Below are positions 1-13,273 of a DNA stretch of 64,000 nt, piece by piece. This DNA comes from Azolla caroliniana (taxonomy: Eukaryota; Plantae; Polypodiophyta). The notes beneath the pieces were generated by a model. The model worked only from the letters and a program-made list of their open reading frames with translations. It did not search any database and had not been told where the DNA came from. Positions within the stretch are counted from its first letter, which is position 1. Each line of letters begins with the position of its first letter. The translations under genes and the position numbers were made by a program. Location: positions 14,570,001-14,634,000 of the forward strand of contig JBHGNT010000004.1 in assembly GCA_043228905.1 (NCBI GenBank). Reading direction: 5' to 3'.

Positions 1-265
1 ACGCGCTACTTCTGTTCTACACACACACATCGCATCTATTTTCCCTAGATGTATATGTTCTGATACATCGTATGAACTATTTACAATTGTAGCCACTGCT
101 ACATATCATTACTATTATTACTATAACAATAATAATAATATATTTAAACAATCGACTCTCTACTTTTGACTCTTCGACTATCGACTATTTCCGAACAGTC
201 GGTTCCTTGGACTCTTTAATTGTTGGTTACTTCCGAACAGTCGGTTCCTCCCACTGGAGGGACAT
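1..265 (-). repeat. Part of the 5' LTR of Copia C1, inverted; continues at 7294-7303 after the G1 insertion
   Basis: Reverse complement of ~62896-63162 (C1 3' LTR) with scattered substitutions. The LTR terminus ATTCCCAACA resumes at 7294-7303 after G1 and its TSD. Confidence 0.9.
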
Positions 266-735
266 TGTTACGGGCATGACCATATAATATCCCATGGTGA
301 GATTTATCGTAGTATTCTATACACGTGAATAAGTGTGAGGGTTAAACAAGAGTGTAAAGAAGGGGAGGATTACTTTTAATCCTTGGGATTGAGACAACCC
401 ATTAGGCCAAGTGTGAACATGGCTGGGTGGGGGCCTTGGGTATTGCTATAAATAAGAGGCCTAGCTACCCTCATTTCATCATCTGGTTGACTACGTCGAG
501 ATTCTCTCTTATGGTGGGTCAACTCTTGTAGCAAGCGCGCTAGCACCAGGTACGACTCGACACCACGACGGTGGTATAGGACGTCGATCGAGGCTCAAGT
601 CCGTCTCGATCCCTTCACTCGGGGGTGATCGGGTGGATCGACACCCTTCTTTCTCTCTCTCCTCTCTATCTAGATCTATCTATTCATCTATATTCCATCC
701 TTATCTAATGCTTCCATTAGTCTATGTCTCTAATA
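266..735 (+). repeat. G1 5' LTR
   Basis: TGTTACGGGC...CTCTAATA, near-identical to 6823-7288; TATA-like CTATAAATA near 446. Confidence 0.93.
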
Positions 736-990
736 GTTGGTATCCAAGCTCATTTTCTAATGTTTCTTTTGTTGTCTTTTGTGTTCTTGATTGATGGCGA
801 TCGATCTACGTGTGGTCGGCCTTCATGCAGACAAGGATCAACAAAGGAACTTCGGTAATCTTTCTTTTCTTTTTCTTTTTTGTCTATTTTTTCTTCTCCC
901 ATCTAATTATGTGTATGGTTAATATGTAGATTTTTTTCATTAATTCAATGATGTTGTAGTGGTAATTCATTGGTTGTATAAAACTTTTAC

Positions 991-1257
991 ATATGTGTAT
1001 GAGGTCAATACCTCATTTGACGTATATTGAATATGTGATGAGTGTGGTATGCGCACGAGGTTAATACCTCAATTGTGTATTACGTTCACAAACATATGTT
1101 ACGTTTGCGTATGAGGTCAATACCTCGATTCGTTGTAAATGATATCCGTTTGGTTTCGTATGCATAAGAGGTCAATACCTCAATTGCGTATTACGATTAA
1201 CCCTTATTTTTGGATGTCTCGTGTGCGTAGAGGTATATGCCTCGATTACGTATCTCG
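991..1257 (+). repeat. Array of five regularly spaced hairpin motifs in the G1 5' leader
   Basis: Cores GAGGTCAATACCTC (1001, 1113, 1168), GAGGTTAATACCTC (1057) and GAGGTATATGCCTC (1230); spacing 56, 56, 55, 62 nt. Confidence 0.85.
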
Positions 1258-2403
1258 ATTACATCATTTTTGGCTATTAAATATAACGATTTGTTTAACA
1301 TAGGCATATGTGGTCACGTGTATACGTAGTTGATCGTATATATGTGATAATATACATGTGTATATAAGTTATTACATGATTTTAAATCGAATGTTTTCCT
1401 TTTCGGGGAAAGGATCTTGGTGGCCGTCCTCACATTTTTGTGAGAATAGCGTTGTCACCATCCCTTTTTTCAACAATTTTTTATTGTTGAAATCCCCGTT
1501 TGTGACTTCGATATTTCGTTACGTAAAGAAACACCTATAGCCATAATGATGTTGAGTACGTAGGGCTTGACCCACTTCATGTGAGATTGCTCCTATGATA
1601 CACATATCCAACATCCCTCCCTCGTTACATGGATACGATGCCACCATGAGATCATTCTTACGAGAGGCATTCGTAATGACGTAACCATGTGATGGGCCAC
1701 GTGGGCCTACCACGAAAAGAGGGCTCATTTGGATTGACCATTAGGTTGCACTTTGGCGTATGCCATTGTAATTACGAGACTTGAGGTTAGGTAACGTACC
1801 AACATATTTTGTACTAAACGAGAGGGAAATAAGGACTCTTGACAAATGCCTCGCATATCTCTTATACGCATGAAACATTAAACATTCAAGAAGAGCAACC
1901 TACATGGTTGGCTCAAGTGTTTAATGCATTTGTTCTCGAGGTCTCGAGTTCAAATATAACCAAGACCATACAACATTGTTGATACATGTGACTATAACAC
2001 ATGTTTAGACTTGAGGTCTAAGTGCACTTCGGGGTCCTCGTAATAGGACTTAAAGAGCCGAAACCACATATGTGGGCACCGAAACATAGTTTATTGTTAA
2101 CATTTTTTTCGTGTATAAACTACTCATGACGTGAACACACATGGTTGAGCCTCGGGGAGCTGCCATGAAAAAATCGATATAGAGATCAGGGAAAGACATT
2201 AATTTGTCACCCCCATGGTTTTTAAAACACCTTTGTGTTACCATAGTAACCTGATCTTGAACCTCATCTCATACGTCTAGAGGGGTATTGACGTGAGATG
2301 ATGATATCGATTAATGTTCGCCCATGATATGTTTACATCACGACATGATGTTATCACTATCTCTCTAACCTTATCCTATTTCTTTTCCAGAAATAATCAT
2401 TTA

Positions 2404-5400
2404 ATGGCTCAAAATAACGACCCGATGTCATCCGCTCAAGCGGAAGGAACTCAAGGGAATCCTCCTGGACAAATGTCCATTGAGATGTATTTTTCGCAAA
2501 TAACCCAATACCTTAGTTTCACCGCTCAATAGATGACCGAACTTCCGCAATCTCAAAGTGCTCTTGAGGCACGTGTCATTAGTTTACAATGTGAGACTAA
2601 TAGACCCGATGAGCGACAAGGTGAACCATCATTTGCCGTTAAGCCATTTACGGGAGACAAAAAGGAAAGAACCGAAGAAGCAATCTGCACGTGGCTGGGC
2701 CAATGGGAGTCTCAGTTTGAGCTTTATCCCACGCCAGATAGTACGAAGGTTGCATATGTCGGCCGAGAACTAGGGGGTAAGGCCGCCACCTGGTGGTGTG
2801 GGCTCCGTACTTTGGGGAAATTGCCCGATACCTAGACAGATTTTGTCACAGTTTTCAAGGGCCAATTTCTGCAACCTCCCTCTCGAACCGAGGCAGCACA
2901 AGATTTAATGAACCTCTCTAGTCGGAAATTTTCCTCGCTAGAAGACTATGTCCACCATGCCAGAACCCAAATCCAAAAATCAGATCTAGAAGGGGACAAC
3001 TCGTTAATAGCTTGTTTTGTCAATGGCATCCCCAATTCGGACTATCACTGGAAAGTGCACGATAAGGATCCAAAATCCTTCGAAGAGGCCGTTGAAATAG
3101 TTCTTCGCTATCAACGCACTTTGAAGAAGGACCACAACAAACCGAACGAAGCGGCCGGGACTAAGCAGTCGCAATTCGTTGGGAAACGCAAGACACCCAA
3201 CGAATTCATGGATCACGATTGTAAGCGACAACATCCTTTTTGTGTATTCTGCAAAAAGAAGGTTCATACAAAAGAGCAATGTCGAAAGCTCCAACGGAAA
3301 GAGCACGACAGCAAAGCTAAAGCTGCAGACCATAAAGGTCAGATTCCTAATGTCCTTCAAGTCTATACACATCATTTAAGTAATTGTCAATGTTCTTTCC
3401 CTCACTATGTATTGGGTCCCAATGATTTACTACGTGCAAACAGGTATATCAATGGATCTCCCGTGCAATTTTTATTTGATTCGGGAAGCTCACACAACTT
3501 TGTCAATGATCGTTTGGTTCAGATATGGGGAATCCAACCCACCGTAAGTGATCACACCTACACGGTGCACTTGGCTGATGGAAGAGTACAATACATCAAC
3601 GGGGCGATTCATTCATTAGGAATTTCGATTGATACTTATATAAAGGAAGTAGACTTCCATGTAATGAATCTTTGTACCACCGATGTAATATTGGGTTATC
3701 CCTGGTTTTATAATAAAAACTCTTCTTTATTTATTGATCGGGTTCATGATTCAATAACTTTTGTACTGAATGATTGTACTCATTTTATTCAATGTGTCAA
3801 AAAACAATCCCTCTCGATTGTTTCCTCATGTCCATCAATATCTGAGTTGTCTTGTTCTACTCTATTTTATTGTGTACTTGATCCGGACATTCACGTTTAC
3901 AATATTGATAATGTCTCGGTTCAATTAACATATTTTGAACAACAACAACTTGATGAAATCTTAAATGATTTTCGTGATGTTTATCCAAGTGAACTACCAA
4001 ATGGTTTACCTCCTAAATGTAATATAGACCATCGTATAGATATTGTACCTGGCGTTGCACCAATAAGTGTACCTCCTTATCGCTTAAGTCGATCTGAAGA
4101 GGATGAGGTAGCTAAGCAGTTCAAGGATTATTTACGAATGGGTTATATACGTTATAGCAAATCTCCATGGGGGCACCAATTCTCTTGGTTAAAAAGAAAG
4201 AGGGCACATGGCGTATGTGTATTAATTACCGACGCTTGAATAAAGTGACGATCAAGAATTCGTATCCATTGCCCCAGGCTGACGATCTAATTAACCATCT
4301 CCAGGGAGCTCAGTATTTTACAAAATTTGATCTCCGTACTAGCTACCATCAAATACATATAAGTGAGGACGATGTTCCTTAAACGGCATTTCGTACGCGC
4401 TATGGCCATTATGAGTTTTTGGTTATGCCTTTTGGTTTGACCAATGCTCCAGCTACATTTCAACAATAAATGAATGACATTTTCCGAGAACAACTTGGAA
4501 AATTTGTCGTTATTTTCTTGGATGATATTCTAGTTTATAGTCGTACATTATAAGAACATGCTAAACATGTCCGCTTTGTTTTACAAACATTGCGTGACAA
4601 ACAATTTTATGCGAAGATCTTAAAATGTGAGTTCTTCAAGAAATCAATTACTTATCTTGGACATCTCATAACCGAACGAGGAGTTGAAATTGATCCTTCT
4701 CACATCGAGAAAATCAAGCTTTGGCCCACTCTTCGGAACATTCGAGAAGTTCGATCATTCCTTGGTTTTGTCGGTTTTTTGCGAAAATCCCTTCGTAATT
4801 ACTCCCAATTGACGACGCCGTTTACTGATCGTCTAAAAGGTCAAACGCATAAGTCTACAAAACCTATTGTTTAGAATGCTACACTAGACCTCGCCTTTAA
4901 GGAACTCAAGGACCTAGTTTGCAAGGCTCCTTCACTTCTTTTACCCGATCCTTCAAAACCTTTTGAGGTTGAAACCGATGCAAGCGATTATGCTATAGGT
5001 GTTGTCTTATATCAAGATGGTAAACCAATAGCATTCGAGAGTAAGAAACTTGATTCTGCTCAATGTCGGTATACCGTTCAAGAAAAGGAATTATCTGCAG
5101 TTATACATGCGCTCAAAACATGGCACCATTATCTTTATGGAAATTGCTTTGTGGTAACTACGGATCACAAGTACTTGAAATATTTTTGTGACCAACAAGA
5201 CCTGAAAGGTCGTAAGGCACGATGGGCTGATCTCATCCAGGACTTTGATTTTTCCATACGATATCGTAAAGGTTCCATGAATACCGTCGTTGATGCACTA
5301 AGTCGCATCCGTGAAGTTAACAGGCTTAGCTTCACTGAAATAACATCAAATCTTTATGATCACCTTCGAGGAAAGTATCCTGATGACAGTTATTTTGCGA

Positions 5401-6836
5401 AATACTGGGCAAGAGTTGAGTCTGGGAGAAACACCACCACATCCTCGAAGGAATACTTCCACATTGCTAACGGTCTGCTCTACCGTAATGGGAAGGTTTG
5501 TGTTCCGGATTTACCCGAGGTCAAAAAGAGGATTCTTTTTTAATGCCATGATGCACCCTCAGCAGGGCACCATGGAATACATCGTACACTTGTTCTCATC
5601 TCCACTTAATTTTATTGGCCTAAGATGCGCCCTGACATACATAGCTATGTGACTAAATGTCACCAATGTCAGGTTAACAAAGCCGAGCGACTTAAAGCCG
5701 CAAGACTTTTACATCCCTTGGACATTCCCAATAATAAGTGGGAAAGTATATCCATGGATTTTATTGTTAGCCTTCCTCGCACCCAAAAAGGTCATGACGC
5801 CATCTGGGTTGTGGTTGATAGACTAACTAAAATGGCCAGATTTATTGCCACTAAAACCACGGTAACAGTTCTTGAATTGGCTTACCAATTTGTTAACGAA
5901 TTATTTCGTTTTTATGGGTTACTGATGGATATCATGAGTGATCGAGATTCAAAGTTTACTAGTGACTTCTAGATGCAAGTCTTTAAGAAGTTAGAAACTA
6001 CGTTGACCATGAGCTCCACGGATCATCCTCAATCCGATGGATAGATAGAACGAGTAAATCAAATTATTGAGGACATGCTTCGAGCATATGTTGGTGCAAA
6101 ACCAACAAAATGGGAACGTTATCTCCCACTTTTGGAGTTTGCTTATAATAGCTCCAAGCATACGTTGACGGGATATAGTCCTTTTATGTTGATGTATGGT
6201 TTTTCAGCCACGAGCCCCGATAGATATTAATATACATCATGATGAGTTGCGAAGTACGCAAAACTTTCTTCGGGATATGCAAGATATGTTGCATATTGCA
6301 CAAGATAATATAAAACCAGCTCAAGATAGAGCGCGTTTTTATGCCAATCATCATAAGCAACCTCGTGTATTCAACCCTGGACAGAAGGTATTTTTACGTG
6401 TACCTCACAATTCTAAGACATTGTCTAAGGGTAAGTGCGCTAAGTTAGCCCCACGGTTTTGTGGACCTTTTACAGTCCTCAAACGCATTGGGTCATCAGC
6501 CTATCGTCTCGCTCTTCCCGATGGTGTTGAAATTCATCCAGTTTTCATGTGAGTCGTCTAAAAGAACTTCTAGGTTCTGGCGACAATGCAGTTACAATTG
6601 AAACTCTAGTTACTTTTGAAGAATTATCTTCTAAACCACATGTACAAGAAAGAATTCTCGATGTTAAAACAAAAAAATTACGTACTAAAGAAATCCGAGA
6701 ATTTAAAATAAAATGGATGGATAAATCAATAAAAGATGCCACATGGGAACGCAAAAATACTCTCAGAACTAACTTCCCTAACTTTCCATTGCAAAAGTGC
6801 AATGTTTTAAAGAGGGGGAGTATGTTACGGGCATAA
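2404..6836 (+). pseudogene. gag-pol: G1 gag-pol, disrupted by stops and frameshifts
   Basis: Zn knuckle [43 protein letters not shown] and FLDD, RH ETDASD, IN WESISMDFI...VVVDRLTK, GPF motif, chromodomain-like ERILD...FKIKW...ATWE. Confidence 0.92.
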
Positions 6837-7288
6837 CCATATAATATCCCGTGGTGAGATTTACCGTAGTATTCTATACACGTGGATAAGTGTGAGGGTT
6901 AAACAAGAGTGTAAAGAAGGGGAGGATTACTTTTAATCCTCGGGATTGAGATAACCCATTAGGCCAAGTGTGAACATGGCTGGGGGCCTTGGGTATCGCT
7001 ATAAATAAGAGGCCTAGCTACCCTCATTTCATCATTTGGTTGACTACGTCGAGACTCTGTCTTGTGGTGGGTCAACTCTTGTAGCAAGCGCGCCAGCACC
7101 AGGTACAACTCGACGCCACGGCGGTGGTATGGGACGCCGATCGAGGCTCGAGTCAGTCTCGATCCCTTCACTCGGGGGTGGTCGGGTGGATCAACACCCT
7201 TCTTTCTCTCTCTCCTCTCTATCTAGATCTATCTATTCATCTATATTCCATCCTTATCTAATGCTTATATTAGTCTATGTCTCTAATA
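6823..7288 (+). repeat. G1 3' LTR
   Basis: Direct repeat of 266-735, preceded by the PPT and followed by TSD GACAT. Confidence 0.93.
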
Positions 7289-7303
7289 GACATATTCCCA
7301 ACA

Positions 7304-8605
7304 AAGAGTACCACATCACCAGCATAGAGAAGCAATAAGATAACATGTTGCATCAATTTGGGAACATTCAATCCTTGTTCTTTTGCAACCTTATTTACCA
7401 CTTCTTCTAATTTATCAATACATAAGTCAAAGAGTGTGGTGATAGTGGACATCCTTGCTTGATCCCCATGTTACTTAAAAAGTTCTTTGAGAATCCACTA
7501 TCCATTTTTGGTTGGCATTTAACTTGTTCATATAGGCATGCAGCAACAACTTAGTACTCTAATGGCATGTCAATCTCTACCATTCTATTCCAGAGCTCAC
7601 TTCGTGGTACGGTATCAAAAACTTTCTTAAAATCAACAAAACAACAGTAAAGTGTTTTTCCTTGTAGTCGACTTTCTTCCATGATTACTCTCAATGTGAC
7701 CAAATGATCCATAGTGGACTGTTTTGGTGTTACAGTAAATCCTGCTTGCCCAAGTGCTCTTTTGCTTGTGCTTTCGGCCCATGTGTTTATCTTTTGCACC
7801 ATAATAGTGCAATATAATTTACCAATAGTTGACCTCACCATTATTGTACGATAATTTGATACTTGATTCTAATCTCCGGCTTTAAATATGGGTTTGATCC
7901 AATTCATAAGCCAATCATTTTGAAATCCTTGTTTTATAGCTTGCTCTATAATTGTCATTATCCAATGACAAGTATGCAGCATTGTCCATTTTAAAAGCTC
8001 ACTTGAGACGTAGGTTGCATCTCCTGCTTTCCCACTCGCCATCTTATTTATTCCCTTATTGACATCATCAATATCGATACATGTAATGCATGTTGTTTCA
8101 ATTTTCTCAACCATAGGAGCCACACCTTAATGCATATATAGCCTTTGTACATAGTCTAACATCTCTTCATTTGTAAAGTGACCTTTCACATCTTCTTTCT
8201 TACCCTTGAGTTGTCCCCATGCTAATTTTGGTTTGAGCTCAAACAAGTTTTTCTTTTTCATCTCTTCCATTTGGAAATATCTTCTTTTCTTTCTCCTCAC
8301 TACTTTCTTATATAGGTACCATGCAACAATCTTTTCATTTTCCCCCTCTATGGACTTAAACCATTTGAGATACATCTTACATTCATCATCGAACCAAGAA
8401 TTACATGGAAAACTACACATCTTATGCCCACCCACATGCCTCTTAAAGTATTGATACCCAACCTTAAGGATGATATCCTTCAAATGTTGCCAATTTTCGT
8501 TAACATCGTTGCTTAGAGAACAATTTAACAAATGGTTCTCCACCTCATTTGCATACATCTTAGCTTTTTTCGTAGGAAGGTCGGATGATACATCTTTTCT
8601 CATCT
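7304..8605 (-). mobile_element. LINE (RTE-like non-LTR retrotransposon) ORF fragment, upstream half of RT, degenerate
   Basis: Translations WFDDEC, IKPIFKAGD, GQAGF...STMDHLVTLRVIME...CCFVDFKKVFDTV and LLYAGDVVLF. Ends at AAGAG (CTCTT on -) abutting the C1 LTR. Confidence 0.88.
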
Positions 8606-9010
8606 AAATTCATGGAGCACACTGGCAATCTCTCGAAAGAGTGGATCTTCGCCGCCCTGTGTCTGGTAGGCCTTGCTGGCTAGAGAGTATTCCCCAAAAT
8701 ATTTTCGGAGTTGCTCCGGGGTAGGGTTGTCGATAGTGAAGATGCCCCCTTCCGGAAGGCCAATCAAAGCATGGATGGCCTCCTCCGTGATCAGTTCCGT
8801 GTCGATCTCCTTTACTATCTTCTCCGCCTCTCGGTGCGGTGGAGCCTCCATGATTGTGAGGAAACCTTCTAACCCGTGTTGCCTTAGCCACTTCTTGGCT
8901 GCTTCAGAGAGTGCTTGGCAGTCCATGGCTTCTTCGAGGTCGGTGAGCGCTGGTGAGGGGTGTGTTTGACGAGGCTCTGTGTGCGTGGGCTCGCGTCTAC
9001 TGATCTTCAA
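8600..9010 (-). CDS. Extra ORF downstream of G2 pol, truncated; weak resemblance to plant mobile domain / Athila-type accessory ORFs
   Basis: 136-aa ORF in the same sense as pol, with the motif LITEEAIHALIGLPEGG. Ends at the junction with the LINE. Confidence 0.5.
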   Translation of the reverse strand: MKISRREPTHTEPRQTHPSPALTDLEEAMDCQALSEAAKKWLRQHGLEGFLTIMEAPPHREAEKIVKEIDTELITEEAIHALIGLPEGGIFTIDNPTPEQLRKYFGEYSLASKAYQTQGGEDPLFREIASVLHEFR

Positions 9011-9310
9011 TCACCTGTGCTCGTTTGTGCTCCTTTGTTCGCGAAATGTGAAGGTTTCCACGCGGTGGGAGTTTTCTTGCTGCATGTTGCCGCCTTTTTT
9101 TCTGACTCGCGCCTATGCACGTCGTGTACTAAAATAGAATGACGTGCCATGTGGCGGCGGTTTAATATCCCATTAATAGGCCACTACGTACCTTTTCAAA
9201 GTGCCTATTCACTCCTTGTTCATGAATGTGTCGGTTCACCCCTCGCCCTTGCATGATTTACTTTGATTTGATTTGATTTTTTTTTTTTTTTAAAGATAAA
9301 AATGGTTTGG

Positions 9311-12300
9311 TTAATTCGCATCCGGTCCTACTGGACCCCTATCCGGATTGTGGGACCTGCTGGCCGCTGGACTGCTTGCTTTCGTGTCACTCTTGTCATT
9401 TGCCGGCTCGTGCTCCCTCTTACCGGCTTCGCGCTTGCCGATTGTTGAACGTGTTGCCGTCTCTTCCGACTTACCAGTGTCCGCTTCTATGTCGGCCTTT
9501 ACTTGTTCAAATGGGTTTCTTGGCATGGGTCCATTGTATGGTTTGAGTCGGAACCCATTGACCCATTTACCGAGAACCTCGCCGACGAGTGTCCCTAACT
9601 GGTAGGAACCGTTGAACTCATGCGTAATCCAGTATGGTCCGGTCCACCGAAACCATAGCTTCCCTGGCATCTTACCCATCTGGGTCTGGAATACTAGTAC
9701 CGGCTTACCGATTCCGAACATCTTTTCGTTCCCTTTTCGGTGACGGTCCACGAACGCTTTCCTTCGTCGCTGCTCAAGTTCTAGGTGCATGAAGCTGGCT
9801 AGCCGGTGTTCTTCCAATTCGCACAACGTGGCTAATCGGATCGCTTCCGATTCTTTCTCATTTAGGCGTTCCTAAATCTGTATTCGTAAACTCGGTACCT
9901 GGAACTCGACCGACATCACTGCTTCCAATCCGAATGCTAGGCGAAACGTTGTTGTGCGGATACTTGTCTTATATGCCGTTCGATAGGCCCAGAGTGCACT
10001 GTGTAGCTTTGTATCCCAATCTGTCCGGTTCTCATTGACGATTTTCTGAAGGATGTTCTGTAGTGTTTTATTTGTTGACTTGGCTAATCTGTTGGCTTGC
10101 GGATAATAGGGAGTGCTCCATTTGTGCACCACCGCATAGAATGTCGTCAAACTTTCCACCACTTGCCCTAAAAAGTGCCCACCTTGGTCACTTATTAGCT
10201 CTATCGGACATCCATACCGGCACCAGATGTTTTCATATAAAAATTTTTCCGTGGATGCCGCGGTGTTGTCGCGTAGTGCTTTGGTTTCCACCCATTTTGA
10301 CAATCACGTACCGGTTGCCGGTTCTCATTGCCGATGGTTTGAATGGACCGACAAAATCTAGCCCCCATTTCTGAAATGGTTCTAACGGTAGCACGTGATG
10401 GTGAGGCATCCTGGCTTGTTCGGTTGGTTGGCCCATTCGCTGACATAGGTCACATTCTTTAGCATACCAGACTGCATCCTTCAATGTTGTTGGCCACCAT
10501 AGTCCACTCTGCCATATTTTCCTTGCCATAGCGTCTCCGGCATAATGTCCTCCCGCCACGCCGCAGTGTGCTTGGCGCAATATTATTTCCTTTTCGTCGC
10601 TGTGCACTGCACGCCGCCATATGCCATCTGCACCTTTGTGGTACAATGTGTCCTGTAATAGACAGAAGTGCCGGCTTTGAACCGCTAAACGTTTCCTTTC
10701 GTCTCTATTCAACTCCTCCGGAGGTAAGCCGGTGCTCAGAAATTGGTGCATGTTGGTGAGCCACTTGTCTTCCTCTGCGACCATACCATCCATTGCCGTT
10801 TCCACTGTAACTCTAAACAACTCTGCATCCAGAAAGTCGTCTGGTACGCCGTCACCGGTTTCGCTGGAATCTAACCGGCTCAAATAGTCTGCTACCGCAT
10901 GTTGTATGCCAGGTCGGTGGAATATCTCGAACTCAAATTCTTGTAATAGTAATGTCCACCGGGCCAACTTACCGGTGAGTGATGCTTTGGACACCAAATA
11001 GAGGAGTGCCGAATGATCTACGTGAAAGGAAAATTTCCTTCCCAACAGATAGTGTCTAAACTTGGTGACACTGTAGATCATACCCAAGGCCTCCCTTTCC
11101 GTTGTGGAATAATTACGTTCTGCTTGGGACAGTTTTCGGTTGGCATAATACAATGGCCGGTACCATTTTGGTTCGGTAAGTTGCATAAGCGTCAACGAAC
11201 ACATGGAACTCTTTAGAACAATCCGGAGGTTGCACCACCGACGCTTGTGACAATAGTACTTTTAGTGCCCGGTAAGCCTGGTCTTCTGTGTCCGTCCATC
11301 GGAACGGTGTCCGATGTACCGCGGCATGTAATGGTGTAGCCAGGTCTGCCAGATACCGAAGCATTCGGCTATGCCACTGAATTTGTCCTAAGAATCGGCT
11401 TAGTGTTGTTGCCGTAGTTGGTGCCGGTGCCTCCAGGATTGCTTTTACTTTGTCCGGATCCAGTACGATACCGTCCTTGCTCACTATGTGGCCCAGTAAC
11501 GCTCTGCTGGTTACTCCGAACATGCATTTTGCCAAGTTAAGGCTTAGCCGGTAAACCCTACATTTCTCCAAACATAGTCGAAGGTGCTGAAGGTGATCCC
11601 CTTCCCGGCTATAAACAACGAAGTCGTCCAAGAACACCTGCATGAATGCCGGTATGAATTCTCCGAAAATCTCCATGATGATCCGTTGTAACGTTGTCGG
11701 TGCCGTTTTCAGTTCGAACATCATAACTACGGCAACAAAGACTCCCCATTCGGTGACAAAAGAGGTTTTCTCCTAGTCATCGGGGTGCATCCGGATCTGA
11801 TTATAGCCATTGAAACTGTCCAGAAAACTATACACCTCATGACCGGCGACTGCATCCAGGACTCCATCGGTGAATGGAAGTGGGAAGGCGTCCGTTACCA
11901 TAGCCGCATTTAATTTCCGGTAGTCGACGCAAACTCTTATCTTACCGCTCTTTTTTGGTACTACGACTATCGGACTGAGCCAGGTGGCTTTCTTTACCGG
12001 TCAGATGAAGCCAACCCTTAGCAACTTGTCGATTTCTTCTTTGACTTTTGCTGTGTAATTCGGGTTCATCCGGTAACACCGTTGCGCTACCGGTTTGGCG
12101 TCTTTACTTAGATGTATCTGGTGTTGATACAACTGAGGATCGAGTCCCCGCATGTCCTCATAGGACCAAGCGAACACATCGCAAAATTCTTTTAGGAGTA
12201 TGATCATTGCCGTTTTGTTTGCCGGGGTCATTTCCTTGGCGATGTACACCGGTCTTGCATCCTCTGTGGTACCTAGGTTTACCTCTTCTAGTTGGGATGC

Positions 12301-13273
12301 TTTCACGCGCTGTGACATTGCCATTTCTCTTTCCAGTGCCTCCTGTGCTTGCCGTAATTCCTGGATTGCTTCTTTATCCGGTTCCGCGTTGGTCCCGTCC
12401 GGTTGCAGTATGTACGGTGATACTGCTTCGGCTACATCAATTTCGAACAGAGGTACGATCTTCGGATTTTCCTGCAAGTATTGATCGACCTCTTCGTCCG
12501 CCAATCCTTCTAGCATGTTGATACATTACGCATATAGCGGCGTCGATTCCTTGCTGGTATCGGACCGTTGTTGAGTCGGTACTCGCACTTTCGCTTTTCC
12601 ACGCCGGAACGTAATGATATTCTTCCTCCAATTTTGCTTGATGTGTGTTGTTTTTAACCAAGAGCGTCCCAACAATAGTGGGTAAGCTCCCTAAGCCTAT
12701 AGCTGGAGAACTACTGCGGAAATGCAAAATATGTGACCCCCAATCACGTATTAATCCGGTCGGCCGTACTGAGTGTGTGTCCGCCATCCAAAGCCAAAAC
12801 GGGCATGGTTCCCAAGCATGGATTCCTAGAGTGTTACACGTTCGGAGGCTGATCACATTCTCGCTGGATCCTCCATCGACAATCGTGTCGGGTAGCTCTT
12901 TTCCTTTCATGATGGCTGTGATTGCTGGACTGCTTGTGTCGACCATTGCCGGTCCTTCCTCCGGATTTGAAAAGAATGCCGGAGCCAGTGGTGTGTTGGC
13001 TGCCGTCCTTCCTGTCTTTAGTCCTTCCGTGAAGCATGGTACCAGTTGCAATAGCCGGCCTAATGGTAGCGTTATTTGGCATTCTTGTAACGCCTGCCAT
13101 GTTGGTATTTCGGGCTGCCCAGGGTCGGTGAGCTCTTCGACATTCTCCTTTTGTTGTTCGAGCTCTGCCGCATTCTGCTCGTTTGCCTTCTTCACCCATT
13201 CGGTTGCCTGCTTCCGGATGGCTTCTTGAGTTTCCCACTCCGTGGCTTTGCCTTTTGATCTTGTAGTGACTTG
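9311..13273 (-). pseudogene. pol: G2 PR-RT-RH-IN, fragmented
   Basis: ORFs 12437-13195, 12001-12516, 11113-11724, 10233-11204, 9872-10303 and 9311-9826 give consecutive Gypsy pol motifs. Confidence 0.9.

Larger units (their letters stand above)
266..7288 (+). mobile_element. Gypsy LTR retrotransposon G1 (chromovirus-type), full length but degenerate
   Basis: Direct LTRs 266-735 and 6823-7288, 5-bp TSD GACAT (261-265, 7289-7293), PBS-like TGGTATCCAAGC at 738, PPT AAAGAGGGGGAG 6809-6820. Domain order gag-PR-RT-RH-IN-chromodomain. Confidence 0.95.

Noticed and set aside
991-1257. CRISPR array
   Set aside because: The repeats are only 14 nt, the spacers are partly related and pair around the core, there are no cas genes, and the array lies inside a eukaryotic retrotransposon leader. 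Kept as a hairpin array.
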